This document shows, piece by piece, positions 1 through 9,828 of a stretch of DNA of 64,000 nt (the first letter of the stretch is position 1; every line of letters starts with the position of its first letter). Position numbers and translations under genes: made by a program. Source of the DNA: Flavobacterium sp. (GTDB taxonomy: Bacteria > Bacteroidota > Bacteroidia > Flavobacteriales > Flavobacteriaceae); contig JAIPAM010000001.1 of NCBI GenBank assembly GCA_021740105.1, positions 196,239 through 260,238 of the forward strand, read 5' to 3'. The notes beneath the pieces are model-generated. The model made no database searches and was not told the origin of the DNA. It saw only the letters and a list, made by a program, of their open reading frames with translations.

Positions 1-32
1 TAACAATATTGTTTAATTAATTTTTAAGAGTG

Positions 33-40
33 CAAATATA
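33..40 (-). promoter_or_regulatory. Bacteroidota -7 promoter box (TATATTTG) for a divergent gene starting outside the window
   Basis: CAAATATA on + equals TAnnTTTG on -, near the window start. Confidence 0.4.
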
Positions 41-255
41 CCATTAAATATTTAATGTGCAACCCATTAAGTAAAAAAACCTGGTTTATATGTAATTATT
101 AGCGCTTTCCTATTTTCGGAAGTAACTATTTCAACATTAAAAAGTTAAATTCTGTTAAATTAATAGCCGTTTAGTTTCTCTTAATTGAAAAAAAGTTATT
201 TTTGAAGGTCTATTTATTAGAAAATAGAAAAAATATAACCCAAATATTAATCTTT

Positions 256-1584
256 ATGAAAAAATCTTTAATGGCTCTAAGTACATTGCTTATGCTAGGC
301 GGAGTTGCTTCAGCTCAAAAAGTTGCTTTTGAGGAATATACATTAGACAATGGTCTTCATGTAATTCTTCACAACGATGCTTCGGCACCAGTAATCATTA
401 CTTCGGTAATGTATCACGTAGGTTCTAAAAATGAAAATCCCGAACGAACTGGATTTGCTCACTTTTTTGAACACCTTTTATTCGAAGGAACTGAAAATAT
501 TAAACGTGGAGAATGGTTCAAAATTGTTACTGCCAATGGCGGAACCAATAATGCCAACACTTCTGAAGACAGAACGTACTATTATGAGGTTTTTCCATCA
601 AATAGTTTAGAATTGGGACTTTGGATGGAATCAGAAAGAATGATGCATCCTATTATCAACCAAATTGGTGTGGATACGCAAAATGAAGTTGTAAAAGAAG
701 AAAAACGGCTACGTGTTGACAATCAGCCTTACGGAAGTTTAATCGCAGAAGTAAAGAAAAACATGTATGTTAAGCATCCTTACCGTTGGGCTCCAATTGG
801 TTCAATGGAACATTTAGATGCAGCAACATTAGAAGAATTTCAAGCATTTAATAAAAAATACTATGTTCCTAATAACGCAGTATTAGTAGTTGCAGGAGAT
901 TTGAATGATATCCCAAAAACAAAAGAATGGGTTACTAAATATTTTGGAGCCATTCCAAAAGGAAAAGACGTTATAGTTGAAAAATTTGTTGAAGAACCTA
1001 TAACTTCTACTTTAAAAGCGAGCTATCAAGATCCGAACATTCAAAAACCTATGATTGTAGCTACTTATAGAACTCCTTCAATGAAAACTCGTGATGCAAG
1101 AGTTTTAGACATGATTTCAACTGTATTAAGTGAAGGGAAAAGTTCAAGAATGTACAAAAAAATTGTAGATGACAAGAAAATGGCCCTTCAAATTGGCGCT
1201 TTCAATTACAGTCAAGAAGATTATGGTATGTATATTTTATACGGAATGCCTCAAGGAACATTTACTTCTGAAGATATCGTAAAAGAAATAGATGAAGAAG
1301 TGGTAAAACTTCAAACCGAATTATTGACAGATAAAGAAATGCAAAAGCTTAAAAATATCTATGAAAATAATTATGTAAATGGTAATTCTAATGTAGAAGG
1401 TATCGCTGAAAACTTAGCTTCTTATTATCTTTTACACGGAGATATTAATTTGATCAATACAGAAATTGAAATGTATCGTTCTATAACAGCTCAAGAAATT
1501 AGAGAGGTTGCCAAAAAATATTTAAATCCAAATCAGAGATTGTTGTTGGATTATGTTCCATCAAAAGACAAAGCTCAAAACTAA
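256..1584 (+). CDS. M16 family zinc metallopeptidase (pitrilysin-like), catalytic subunit
   Basis: Inverted zinc motif HFFEH in TGFAHFFEHLLF; signal peptide MKKSLMALS from ATG 256 (track start 202 is a TTG extension). Confidence 0.93.
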   Translation: MKKSLMALSTLLMLGGVASAQKVAFEEYTLDNGLHVILHNDASAPVIITSVMYHVGSKNENPERTGFAHFFEHLLFEGTENIKRGEWFKIVTANGGTNNANTSEDRTYYYEVFPSNSLELGLWMESERMMHPIINQIGVDTQNEVVKEEKRLRVDNQPYGSLIAEVKKNMYVKHPYRWAPIGSMEHLDAATLEEFQAFNKKYYVPNNAVLVVAGDLNDIPKTKEWVTKYFGAIPKGKDVIVEKFVEEPITSTLKASYQDPNIQKPMIVATYRTPSMKTRDARVLDMISTVLSEGKSSRMYKKIVDDKKMALQIGAFNYSQEDYGMYILYGMPQGTFTSEDIVKEIDEEVVKLQTELLTDKEMQKLKNIYENNYVNGNSNVEGIAENLASYYLLHGDINLINTEIEMYRSITAQEIREVAKKYLNPNQRLLLDYVPSKDKAQN

Positions 1585-1595
1585 GAAATTATACC

Positions 1596-3641
1596 ATGAA
1601 AAAAATAATTATAGTATTATCAGGCTTGTTTTTAACTTTAACTATGCAAGCACAAGATCGAACTCAGCCAAAACCTGGACCATCTCCAGTAATAAAAATA
1701 AATAAACCTCAAACATTTACCCTTCCAAATGGATTGCAAGTAATGATTGTTGAAAACCACAAACTTCCGAGAGTTTCCTTTAGTTTAAATATTGACAATA
1801 GTCCCTATTCTGAAGGTGCAAAAAAAGGAGTTGCAAATTTAACTAGTAGCTTAATTGGAAATGGTAGTAAGAAAATTTCTAAAGACGCGTTCAATGAAGA
1901 AATTGATTTTCTTGGAGCAGAATTAAGTTTCTATGCTTCTGGTGCTTCTGGAAGTAGTTTGTCTAAATATTCAGGAAGAATTTTAGAATTAATGGCTGAT
2001 GGCGCTTTAAATCCTAACTTTACTCAAGAAGAATTTGATAAAGAAAAAGACAAATTAATTGAAGGCTTAAAAACTCAAGAAAAAAGTGTCGCCGCAGTAG
2101 CTGGTAGAGTTCAAAATGTATTGGCTTTCGGAAAAGACCATCCTTCAGGAGAATATTTAATCGAAGAAACCATTAAAAATGTTACTCTTTCTGATGTAGA
2201 AAATAATTATCATACTTATTTTGTGCCTGAAAATGCTTACCTAATTATTATTGGGGATGTTAAATTTAAAGATACAAAAAAGGCTGTTGAAAAATTATTT
2301 AGCTCTTGGGCTAAAGCAAGTGCGCCATCTGTAAAATATGCTGATCCTGTAAATGTTCAATATTCTCAAATCAATTTTGTGGATATGCCAAATGCAGTTC
2401 AATCGGAAATTTCATTGCAAAACACAGTGAATTTAAAAATGACTGATAAAGATTATTTTGCTACAATAGTTGCCAATCAAATTCTTGGAGGTGATTTTAA
2501 TAGCTACCTAAACATGAACCTTCGTGAGGCTCACGGATGGACTTATGGTGCTCGTTCAAGCATTGGCGGAAGCAAATATGTTTCTACATTCAGGGCTTCT
2601 ACACAAGTAAGAAATGCCGTCACTGATAGTGCAGTTGTAGAGTTTTTCAAAGAAATTAAGAAAATTAGAACGGAGAAAGTAACAGACGAAATGCTAGCCA
2701 ATGTAAAAGCAGGATATGTTGGGAAATTTGTAATGCAAATTGAAAAACCACAAACTGTTGCTGGATATGCATTACGTATAAAAACACAAGGTCTTCCTGA
2801 AGATTTCTACGAAAATTATATCAAAAACATCAATGCGGTAACTGCTGATGATGTTCTGGCTGTAGCCAATAAATATTTCCTTGAAGACAATATCCGAGTG
2901 GTAATTGTAGGTAAAGGAATTGAGGTTCTTCCTGGTTTAGAAAAGTTGAAAATTCCAATGTTTTATTTTGATAAATTTGGAGCTCCATCTACTAAACCTG
3001 TAATGAAAAAAGCAGTTCCAGCAGGCGTTACCGTAAAATCAGTGATTACGGCATATCTAAATGCAATTGGAGGTGAAAAAGCCTTAATAGCTGTAAAATC
3101 TATAAGCACTGTTGCTAGCGGCGAAATTCAAGGAACTCCTTTAGAAATGAATACAAAAGTTACTTCTTCCAATAAACTATCCAATGAAATCAAAGCAATG
3201 GGAATGAGTTTCATGAAACAAGTTGTTAATGAAAAAGGGGCTTATGTAACACAACAAGGTCAAAGAAAAGATCTTGACGGTGAAAAACTTGCTGAAGCAA
3301 AACAAAGCGCCATGCCTTTTCCTGAATTAACTATGGCTGCAAAAACTTCAATTGCTTTAGATGGAATTGAATCCTTTAATGGTGCAGATGCTTATGTGAT
3401 TAAAGACGGAAAAACGACTCATTATTATGATGTAAACACTGGATTAAAAATAGGTCAAGCGGTTACTCAAGAAGCAAATGGTCAAAAAATGACGCAAATA
3501 ACTAGCTATGGCGACTACAAAGAAGTGAAAGGAATTAAAGTTCCTTATAAAGTTTCTATGGCATTTGGTCCTCAAGAAATTGAATTCAAAACAACCGATG
3601 TTAAAATCAACGAAGGGGTTTCTGATGCAGATTTCAAATAA
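1596..3641 (+). CDS. M16 family peptidase partner subunit (no HxxEH) with C-terminal extension
   Basis: TLPNGLQV and LREAHGWTYG M16 motifs; zinc motif absent; signal peptide; 11 nt after the first M16 gene. Confidence 0.88.
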   Translation: MKKIIIVLSGLFLTLTMQAQDRTQPKPGPSPVIKINKPQTFTLPNGLQVMIVENHKLPRVSFSLNIDNSPYSEGAKKGVANLTSSLIGNGSKKISKDAFNEEIDFLGAELSFYASGASGSSLSKYSGRILELMADGALNPNFTQEEFDKEKDKLIEGLKTQEKSVAAVAGRVQNVLAFGKDHPSGEYLIEETIKNVTLSDVENNYHTYFVPENAYLIIIGDVKFKDTKKAVEKLFSSWAKASAPSVKYADPVNVQYSQINFVDMPNAVQSEISLQNTVNLKMTDKDYFATIVANQILGGDFNSYLNMNLREAHGWTYGARSSIGGSKYVSTFRASTQVRNAVTDSAVVEFFKEIKKIRTEKVTDEMLANVKAGYVGKFVMQIEKPQTVAGYALRIKTQGLPEDFYENYIKNINAVTADDVLAVANKYFLEDNIRVVIVGKGIEVLPGLEKLKIPMFYFDKFGAPSTKPVMKKAVPAGVTVKSVITAYLNAIGGEKALIAVKSISTVASGEIQGTPLEMNTKVTSSNKLSNEIKAMGMSFMKQVVNEKGAYVTQQGQRKDLDGEKLAEAKQSAMPFPELTMAAKTSIALDGIESFNGADAYVIKDGKTTHYYDVNTGLKIGQAVTQEANGQKMTQITSYGDYKEVKGIKVPYKVSMAFGPQEIEFKTTDVKINEGVSDADFK

Positions 3642-3663
3642 TAAATAAAGTAATTACTTTAAG

Positions 3664-3690
3664 AAGGCTATCTGAAAAGGTAGCCTTTTT
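3664..3690. terminator. Bidirectional intrinsic terminator
   Basis: AAGGCTA...TAGCCTT hairpin followed by a T-run, between convergent genes. Confidence 0.75.
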
Positions 3691-4556
3691 TATTTTTTAG
3701 AAGATAAATAAACTCCAATTAATATTATAAAAGCACCTAAAAACTGAATTGGCGTAAGCATTTCGTTATCTAATAATCCCCAGAAAAATGCTACAATTGG
3801 AATTAAATAGGTTACCGATGTCGCAAAAACAGGAGAGGAAATTTGAATTAATTTAAAGAAAATAATGTTTGCAATTCCAGTTCCAACAACCCCCAAAATT
3901 ATAATAAAGAGAATTGAATGTTGTGTTTTTTCCAAAACTAAAACATCAGAAAACCCAGATAAATACAAAATCAAACAAGCCGGAAGCAACATTACAGCAA
4001 AATTTCCAGTAGAAATGGTAAGTGGCGATAAATCGGATAGGTATTTCTTGATTAAATTCACATTAATTGCATAACAAATTGAAGCTATAATTACCAAAAT
4101 TGCATAGTAATAATTTTGTTCTGGATGATGAAAAGCACCATTAAAAATGAGAAGCATACTGCCAACTAATCCGATAATAACTCCAAACAACTGACTTCTT
4201 TTGAAATTTAATTCAAAGGCTAAAACCCCCAAAATCAATGTGTTTAATGGCGTTAAGGAATTAAGAATAGCGCTTACTGAACTATCCATTTGAGTTTGGG
4301 CAATAGAAAAAAGAAATGCAGGGACGAAGGTTCCAAACAAAGAGGTTATTACAATATATTTCCATTTCCCTTGTGGGATATTTGGCAAGGTTTTAAATCC
4401 AATAGCTAAGAGAAATACTGCGGCAAAAATAATTCGCAATGAACCCAATTGAAATGGTGTTAATCCAACTAATCCTCTTTTAATAAGTATAAATGAACTA
4501 CCCCAAATTAAGGCTAGTACTAACAAAAAAAACCATTTAGTGTGCTTAGAATTCAT
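3690..4556 (-). CDS. DMT/EamA family transporter
   Basis: About 10 TM segments; LALIWGSSF and SVTYLIPIVA EamA-type motifs. Confidence 0.9.
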   Translation of the reverse strand: MNSKHTKWFFLLVLALIWGSSFILIKRGLVGLTPFQLGSLRIIFAAVFLLAIGFKTLPNIPQGKWKYIVITSLFGTFVPAFLFSIAQTQMDSSVSAILNSLTPLNTLILGVLAFELNFKRSQLFGVIIGLVGSMLLIFNGAFHHPEQNYYYAILVIIASICYAINVNLIKKYLSDLSPLTISTGNFAVMLLPACLILYLSGFSDVLVLEKTQHSILFIIILGVVGTGIANIIFFKLIQISSPVFATSVTYLIPIVAFFWGLLDNEMLTPIQFLGAFIILIGVYLSSKK

Positions 4557-4676
4557 AGTTGTAGTTTATTATGCAAATTTTGTAATAATTTTAAGAATAT
4601 TGCCTTTAAATTTTAGTTATTTTTGTGAAAGTACTTAAACAAGTTTTTAAATTTAACCCTATTTAATACTAAAATT

Positions 4677-5060
4677 ATGCGTTTTAATCCCTCATTTTTG
4701 GCAATTGCACTTTCTAGTTTATTGTTTTTTAGTTGTAAAAAAACGGAGGTTTCTCAAACTACAACAACAGAAAAAACTGTAAAATTAAATTCGAAATCTA
4801 TTGCTGCAAAACCTCAAATGGCTACTTTTACTATTGAAGGAATGACTTGTGCGGTTGGATGTGCGAAGACAATTCAAGAAAAACTAGCATCAATGGATGG
4901 AATTCAAAGTGCAACTGTAGATTTTGACAAGAAATTTGCAACAGTAGAATTTGACGCATCAAAACAAACACCGGATCTTTTATTAAAAGCAGTTCAAGAA
5001 ACGGGAGACGGTAAAACTTATGTGGTTTCAAATATGAAATCGGAACCAGTAAAAAATTAA
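4677..5060 (+). CDS. Heavy-metal-associated (HMA) domain lipoprotein
   Basis: Lipobox LLFFSC; IEGMTCAVGCAKTI metal loop; HMA-like beta-alpha pattern. Confidence 0.82.
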   Translation: MRFNPSFLAIALSSLLFFSCKKTEVSQTTTTEKTVKLNSKSIAAKPQMATFTIEGMTCAVGCAKTIQEKLASMDGIQSATVDFDKKFATVEFDASKQTPDLLLKAVQETGDGKTYVVSNMKSEPVKN

Positions 5061-5061
5061 T

Positions 5062-5565
5062 TTATTCCGATTTTAATTTTTCAATAACCCCATTTTCAAT
5101 TTTTTCTTTGATTTTTATAACCTCATCTAAATTGTCATTTGGAACAGTCATTGACAATACATAATGGGCAATTTTCCAAGTATTTCCTTGCTTAATTAAT
5201 ACTCCGGAACCTCTACAAATTTTCATTTGAGTATCTAATAACTCATCGAACCACGCCGTGTTTTGTGTTTTATCAAAATAGATGTTTCTTTGTAAACATT
5301 TAAAATCCCAAGCTTTTCCCTTATCAAAATAGGGCTTTGAGAAAGCTTTAAAAGCATCCAATTGCCAGTTTTCTGTTGCATCTGTTCCAATAAAAACGCC
5401 ATTCGTAGTCATGTAGGAAAAATAGTTATCAAACTCCGTATTTGCAGCCGCTTTATGCCAAGAATCAAGTGTGGTATTAATCTTTTTTTTATCGCTATCA
5501 GTGTTTTGAGAAAATGATTTTGATCCCAATAGCAAGATGCAAAATAGTAGTATCGCTTTTTTCAT
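5062..5565 (-). CDS. Secreted NTF2/SnoaL-like family protein
   Basis: Signal peptide; LDSWHKAAA, FIGTDATENW, AWFDELL, WKIAHYVLS typical of Bacteroidota NTF2-like proteins. Confidence 0.8.
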   Translation of the reverse strand: MKKAILLFCILLLGSKSFSQNTDSDKKKINTTLDSWHKAAANTEFDNYFSYMTTNGVFIGTDATENWQLDAFKAFSKPYFDKGKAWDFKCLQRNIYFDKTQNTAWFDELLDTQMKICRGSGVLIKQGNTWKIAHYVLSMTVPNDNLDEVIKIKEKIENGVIEKLKSE

Positions 5566-5754
5566 TTTATTTATATTAAATTAGTTTCAAATATAATAGC
5601 TTTAACTTAAATTTCACTTATATTGGTCTGAAAACAAATACAATAAATAATTTACTATAAAAATTAATGTTTAAAGATTTTAAAACACAACTAGTTTAAA
5701 AAAATAATACAAGAAAAATTAACATTTTTCGTCTAAAAACAAAATAAAATACTT

Positions 5755-7362
5755 ATGAAAAAAATAACCCTCGTTTTATTTTGCTTAATTGGCAATTTCG
5801 TTTTTTCACATACCATCAATTATGAAAATGTTGTATTGAGACATTGGTCTATCGAAAAGCAACACCAATTTATTGATGGAACTTTTATGATATATAAAAA
5901 TGGTACCGTATTTATTGAAGATGCCAATAATAAAATTTCTAAAATTCCCTTTTCAGATTTATCAAATGAAGATCAAAAATTTGTAACAAGCAAAAACAGT
6001 TGGGTAAAAAATTTGAATACTATTACACCTGAAAAAAAGGAAAGTACTCAAAATATTTTTGATTTTAAATTTTGGATAATCCTTTTCTCATTAATCGCTT
6101 TTGGATATTATATCTACACTATTTCTGATAGAAAAAAACTAAAATTTCTCTATCCTGTTTTGTTTCTAGGGATACTTACTTCTTTGTATGGTTTTACAAA
6201 AAAAGCAATATCTACAACCGATCCTGCATTTCTTACTTCGGCATTTTCACAATTTGCTTCTACAGTTAGTACCACTTATGATGCCAATTTTTTCTATGTG
6301 AATTCAACTGGAATTCCAAACCACACGATGATGGTAGGAATTTCAAATCGAGGATGGCAACAACAAGTTCCAACTTCAAAATGCTATATCAATTCAAATC
6401 ATTGGACGATTCCTTTAAATCCAGTAATTGCTGCAACACCTGTTCCTGTTTCTTCAACACATTTCTTGAAAGGCGCTATTGCGATGGCAGTTAATGGAGT
6501 TCCCATTTTTAATTATCATACTAATACTGGAGTGGATAGTTTTCTTGACGGACAACTCGATAACTATGGAGGACATTGTGGAAGAGGCGACGATTATCAT
6601 TACCACACCGCGCCATTGCATTTAATCACTTTAGGTCAAGCATCAGCTACTTTACCCATTGCTTTTGGACTCGACGGATACGCTGTTTATGGAAATTTAG
6701 AACCTAATGGAACTGCAATGACAACACTTGATGCCAATCATGGGCATTATGGAACCAACGGAGTTTATCATTATCACGGTACCGCCGCTGCTCCTTATAT
6801 GATCGGAAATATGGTTGGAGTGGTTACGGAAGATGCCAATTTGCAAATTATTCCTCAACCACAAGGAACGGCAATTAGAACTGAAAATTGGACGCCCCTG
6901 GCTGGTGCCTTGATTACTTCTTGCGTTGCCAATGCTAACAATGGGTTCAACACCGCCTATTCTTTAAACGGCGTTTCAGGTTATGCAACAAATTATACTG
7001 CAACTGTGGCTGGATTATACACTTTTCAATATGTTACTCCTACAGGGACTACCTCAACGAATTATAACGGCCCGGCTCAATGTACAGTCCCAAATTTAGG
7101 TTTTGACGAAATAGCCTATTTAGACAATGCATTTACTATTTATCCAAATCCAACAAGCGATGTTTTAAATATTAAATTACGAAAAGACATCAATGAAAAT
7201 GATATTCAAGGGGTTTCAATTTATGATTTAAAAGGACGTTTAGTATCTAAAACCCCCGATTTCAATTCAAATATTGACATAAAAAATCTCTCTAAAGGAT
7301 CTTATGTTGTGAAAATTGAATTTTTGAATTACCTGATTTCTAAAAAAATAATGGTGAAATAA
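5755..7362 (+). CDS. YHYH-domain protein with N-terminal SHD1-like domain, TM hairpin and T9SS type-A CTD
   Basis: Two YHYH motifs (DDYHYH, GVYHYH); GxAxNGVP and FGLDGYAVYG YHYH-family motifs; IYPNP...KKIMVK CTD. Confidence 0.85.
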   Translation: MKKITLVLFCLIGNFVFSHTINYENVVLRHWSIEKQHQFIDGTFMIYKNGTVFIEDANNKISKIPFSDLSNEDQKFVTSKNSWVKNLNTITPEKKESTQNIFDFKFWIILFSLIAFGYYIYTISDRKKLKFLYPVLFLGILTSLYGFTKKAISTTDPAFLTSAFSQFASTVSTTYDANFFYVNSTGIPNHTMMVGISNRGWQQQVPTSKCYINSNHWTIPLNPVIAATPVPVSSTHFLKGAIAMAVNGVPIFNYHTNTGVDSFLDGQLDNYGGHCGRGDDYHYHTAPLHLITLGQASATLPIAFGLDGYAVYGNLEPNGTAMTTLDANHGHYGTNGVYHYHGTAAAPYMIGNMVGVVTEDANLQIIPQPQGTAIRTENWTPLAGALITSCVANANNGFNTAYSLNGVSGYATNYTATVAGLYTFQYVTPTGTTSTNYNGPAQCTVPNLGFDEIAYLDNAFTIYPNPTSDVLNIKLRKDINENDIQGVSIYDLKGRLVSKTPDFNSNIDIKNLSKGSYVVKIEFLNYLISKKIMVK

Positions 7363-7385
7363 TAATTTCATTTTAAACCCATTTT

Positions 7386-8606
7386 ATGACAAAATACTTC
7401 TATTTATTGTTATTATTTCCAATTTTTTCATGTGCGCAATACCTTGGAACAGGATCGATTACTCAAGGTTTAGCAACAGCCACGTCAGGTAATCTTTATT
7501 CTTGTACAAATGGTAGAATTGCAGCTTTAGGTACTATTACTGCTACCGATAATACCGTTTGGACTGTTCCTGCAGTAACCAATTTTACCAATAATTTATT
7601 TCCATTTGCGTCCAATTTATACAATGAATGTACTGGTAATTTATATGCAAATTCAACTGCAGCTTTAGCGGCTTTGAATGGTTCCGATATTGTAACTGTT
7701 GATACCAATGGAGAAATAATTACGGCTTATATTTTTGCTGATAATTATTTTGAAATGTACATCAATGGCGTTCCTGTAGGAAAAGATAATGTTCCATTTA
7801 CTCAATTTAATTCCAATATTGTCCGATTCAAAGTCAATCGCCCGTTTACAATTTCGATGCTTTTAGTGGATTGGGAAGAGCGTTTAGGTGTTGGAGGAGA
7901 AACCAATGGAGGCTTTAATTATCACTGTGGTGATGGTGGTATGGTAGCTGTTTTCAAGGATGCTAGTAACACTATAATTGCAAAAACAGGAAGCGATTGG
8001 AAAGCACAAACTTTTTATACTGCACCTATAATGAATTTATCGTGCCCTACTGAAAGTGGTACTTCACGCCTTTCGGCAAATTGTAGCACGGCAGATTCTA
8101 ATGCTGGAACAGCCTATTATGGATTGCATTGGGCAAGACCCTCAAACTGGACATTGGCAACGTTTGATGATTCTTCTTGGCCTGCCGCTACCACGTTTAC
8201 AAACGCAACAATAGGCGTTGATAATAAACCAGCTTATACTAATTTTACCACTATTTTTGATGATGTTTCCAATGATGCTCAGTTTATTTGGAGTAAAAAT
8301 GTAATTTTAGACAACGAAGTTATTGTTAGAAAAACAGTTTCTTCTTTGTCGGTTTATGATTTTGAAAACGTAAATTCAAAAATTAATATTTATCCGAATC
8401 CAACAAAAAATCAATTTAATTTAGATTATGATGCTGCTGTTTTTCCAATAAATAAAATTCAAATAATAAATACTTTTGGCGAATTACTATTTGAAACAAA
8501 TACCATTTCAAATTCCATTAAATTTGGTACAATTCCATCGGGAATGTATTTTGTAAAAATTATTTCAGACAAATTTGAGATAACAAAAAAATTAATAGTT
8601 GAATAA
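7386..8606 (+). CDS. T9SS type-A cargo protein with an uncharacterised beta-sandwich (lectin/CBM-like) domain
   Basis: Signal peptide; ADNYFEMYING...SDWK...FDDSSWPAA...AQFIW pattern; IYPNP...TKKLIVE CTD. Confidence 0.7.
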   Translation: MTKYFYLLLLFPIFSCAQYLGTGSITQGLATATSGNLYSCTNGRIAALGTITATDNTVWTVPAVTNFTNNLFPFASNLYNECTGNLYANSTAALAALNGSDIVTVDTNGEIITAYIFADNYFEMYINGVPVGKDNVPFTQFNSNIVRFKVNRPFTISMLLVDWEERLGVGGETNGGFNYHCGDGGMVAVFKDASNTIIAKTGSDWKAQTFYTAPIMNLSCPTESGTSRLSANCSTADSNAGTAYYGLHWARPSNWTLATFDDSSWPAATTFTNATIGVDNKPAYTNFTTIFDDVSNDAQFIWSKNVILDNEVIVRKTVSSLSVYDFENVNSKINIYPNPTKNQFNLDYDAAVFPINKIQIINTFGELLFETNTISNSIKFGTIPSGMYFVKIISDKFEITKKLIVE

Positions 8607-8619
8607 ATTGCCATTTGAA

Positions 8620-9828
8620 ATGAAAAAAAAATTACTTTTTGGATTCCTACTTCTAAATTCAACTTTGTTTTTTGGTCAAAGTGTTTCTAAAACTATTCGG
8701 TTATTGCCCGACACTGGACAAACCCAAAGCTACACTACTACATTTGGCGAAGACCATGATTATTTGATAAACACGCCTTCTTATACCAATAATAACAATG
8801 GAACAATTACCGATAATGTTACCGGATTGATGTGGCAACAAGTTGATGGTGGTGAAATGACTTTTGAAAATGCTATCACATATTGTAATAATTTGTCTTT
8901 AGGCGGTTTTTCAGGCTGGCGATTGCCAACTCCAACAGAAGCCTATAGCATTCTGAACCATCAAAGTTCGAACCCAGCAATCAATACCACTTTTTTTACT
9001 TTGACTACAGCGGAATATTGGTGGACAAGTGTTTTTGAAAATAATTCTACCACGAAAGTTTGGTGTACAAATTCAGGCGGTGGAATTGGAAATCATCCAA
9101 AAGCAGAAACCATAAGTGCCGGTGGAACAAAAAAATTCCATGCTAGAGCAGTTCGAAATATAACCACTCCAACAACCATTACCAATCATTTTACAGATAA
9201 TGGGGATGGGACTATAACCGATAATTTGACCCAGTTGGTTTGGCAAAAAATTCCGAATGCAAATATATTCACTTGGGAACAAGCAATAAGTTATGCAGAA
9301 GGATTAACTATAGGTTCAATTTCTGATTGGCGATTGCCGAACATCAAAGAATTGCAATCGATAAACAATGAATTGGCAACAAACCCGTCTGTTTTTGCAC
9401 CTTATTTTTCAAGTGTTGGCGTTCATAATTATTGGTCTTCAACTACATTGCCAAACCAAAATTTAAGTGCTTGGTATTGGAGTACCGCTTTTGGAATTAC
9501 AACTTACAGTGCTAAAACAGGTTCAAATTATGTACTTTGTGTAAGAGGAAATCCTTCACTTTCTTTAAACACTATTGAACCTCATACATCAATAAAAATT
9601 CATCCAAATCCATCTTCTCATTTTGTTTCCATTTCATTTCCACGCTACACAACTTCAGCAAAAATTGAAATCGTCGATACAATGGGAAAAATAGTTCTAA
9701 GCAAAGAAATTGTCGTCAATTCTAACGAATACTTATTAGACACGGAAGGAATTTCAGGAGGAATCTATTATTTATCAATCATAAATGGAAATAATAAGAA
9801 TACGTATAAAATCATAATGAAAAAATAA
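8620..9828 (+). CDS. Tandem DUF1566 (Lcl C-terminal) protein with T9SS type-A CTD
   Basis: Two copies of the NxDGTITDNxTxLxWQ...WRLPxxxE pattern; IHPNP...YKIIMKK CTD; ATG 8620 gives a signal peptide. Confidence 0.87.
   Translation: MKKKLLFGFLLLNSTLFFGQSVSKTIRLLPDTGQTQSYTTTFGEDHDYLINTPSYTNNNNGTITDNVTGLMWQQVDGGEMTFENAITYCNNLSLGGFSGWRLPTPTEAYSILNHQSSNPAINTTFFTLTTAEYWWTSVFENNSTTKVWCTNSGGGIGNHPKAETISAGGTKKFHARAVRNITTPTTITNHFTDNGDGTITDNLTQLVWQKIPNANIFTWEQAISYAEGLTIGSISDWRLPNIKELQSINNELATNPSVFAPYFSSVGVHNYWSSTTLPNQNLSAWYWSTAFGITTYSAKTGSNYVLCVRGNPSLSLNTIEPHTSIKIHPNPSSHFVSISFPRYTTSAKIEIVDTMGKIVLSKEIVVNSNEYLLDTEGISGGIYYLSIINGNNKNTYKIIMKK

Noticed and set aside
256-3641. Second M16 gene lacking HxxEH as a pseudogene
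   Set aside because: The ORF is intact, and active/inactive M16 pairs are a known heterodimeric arrangement.
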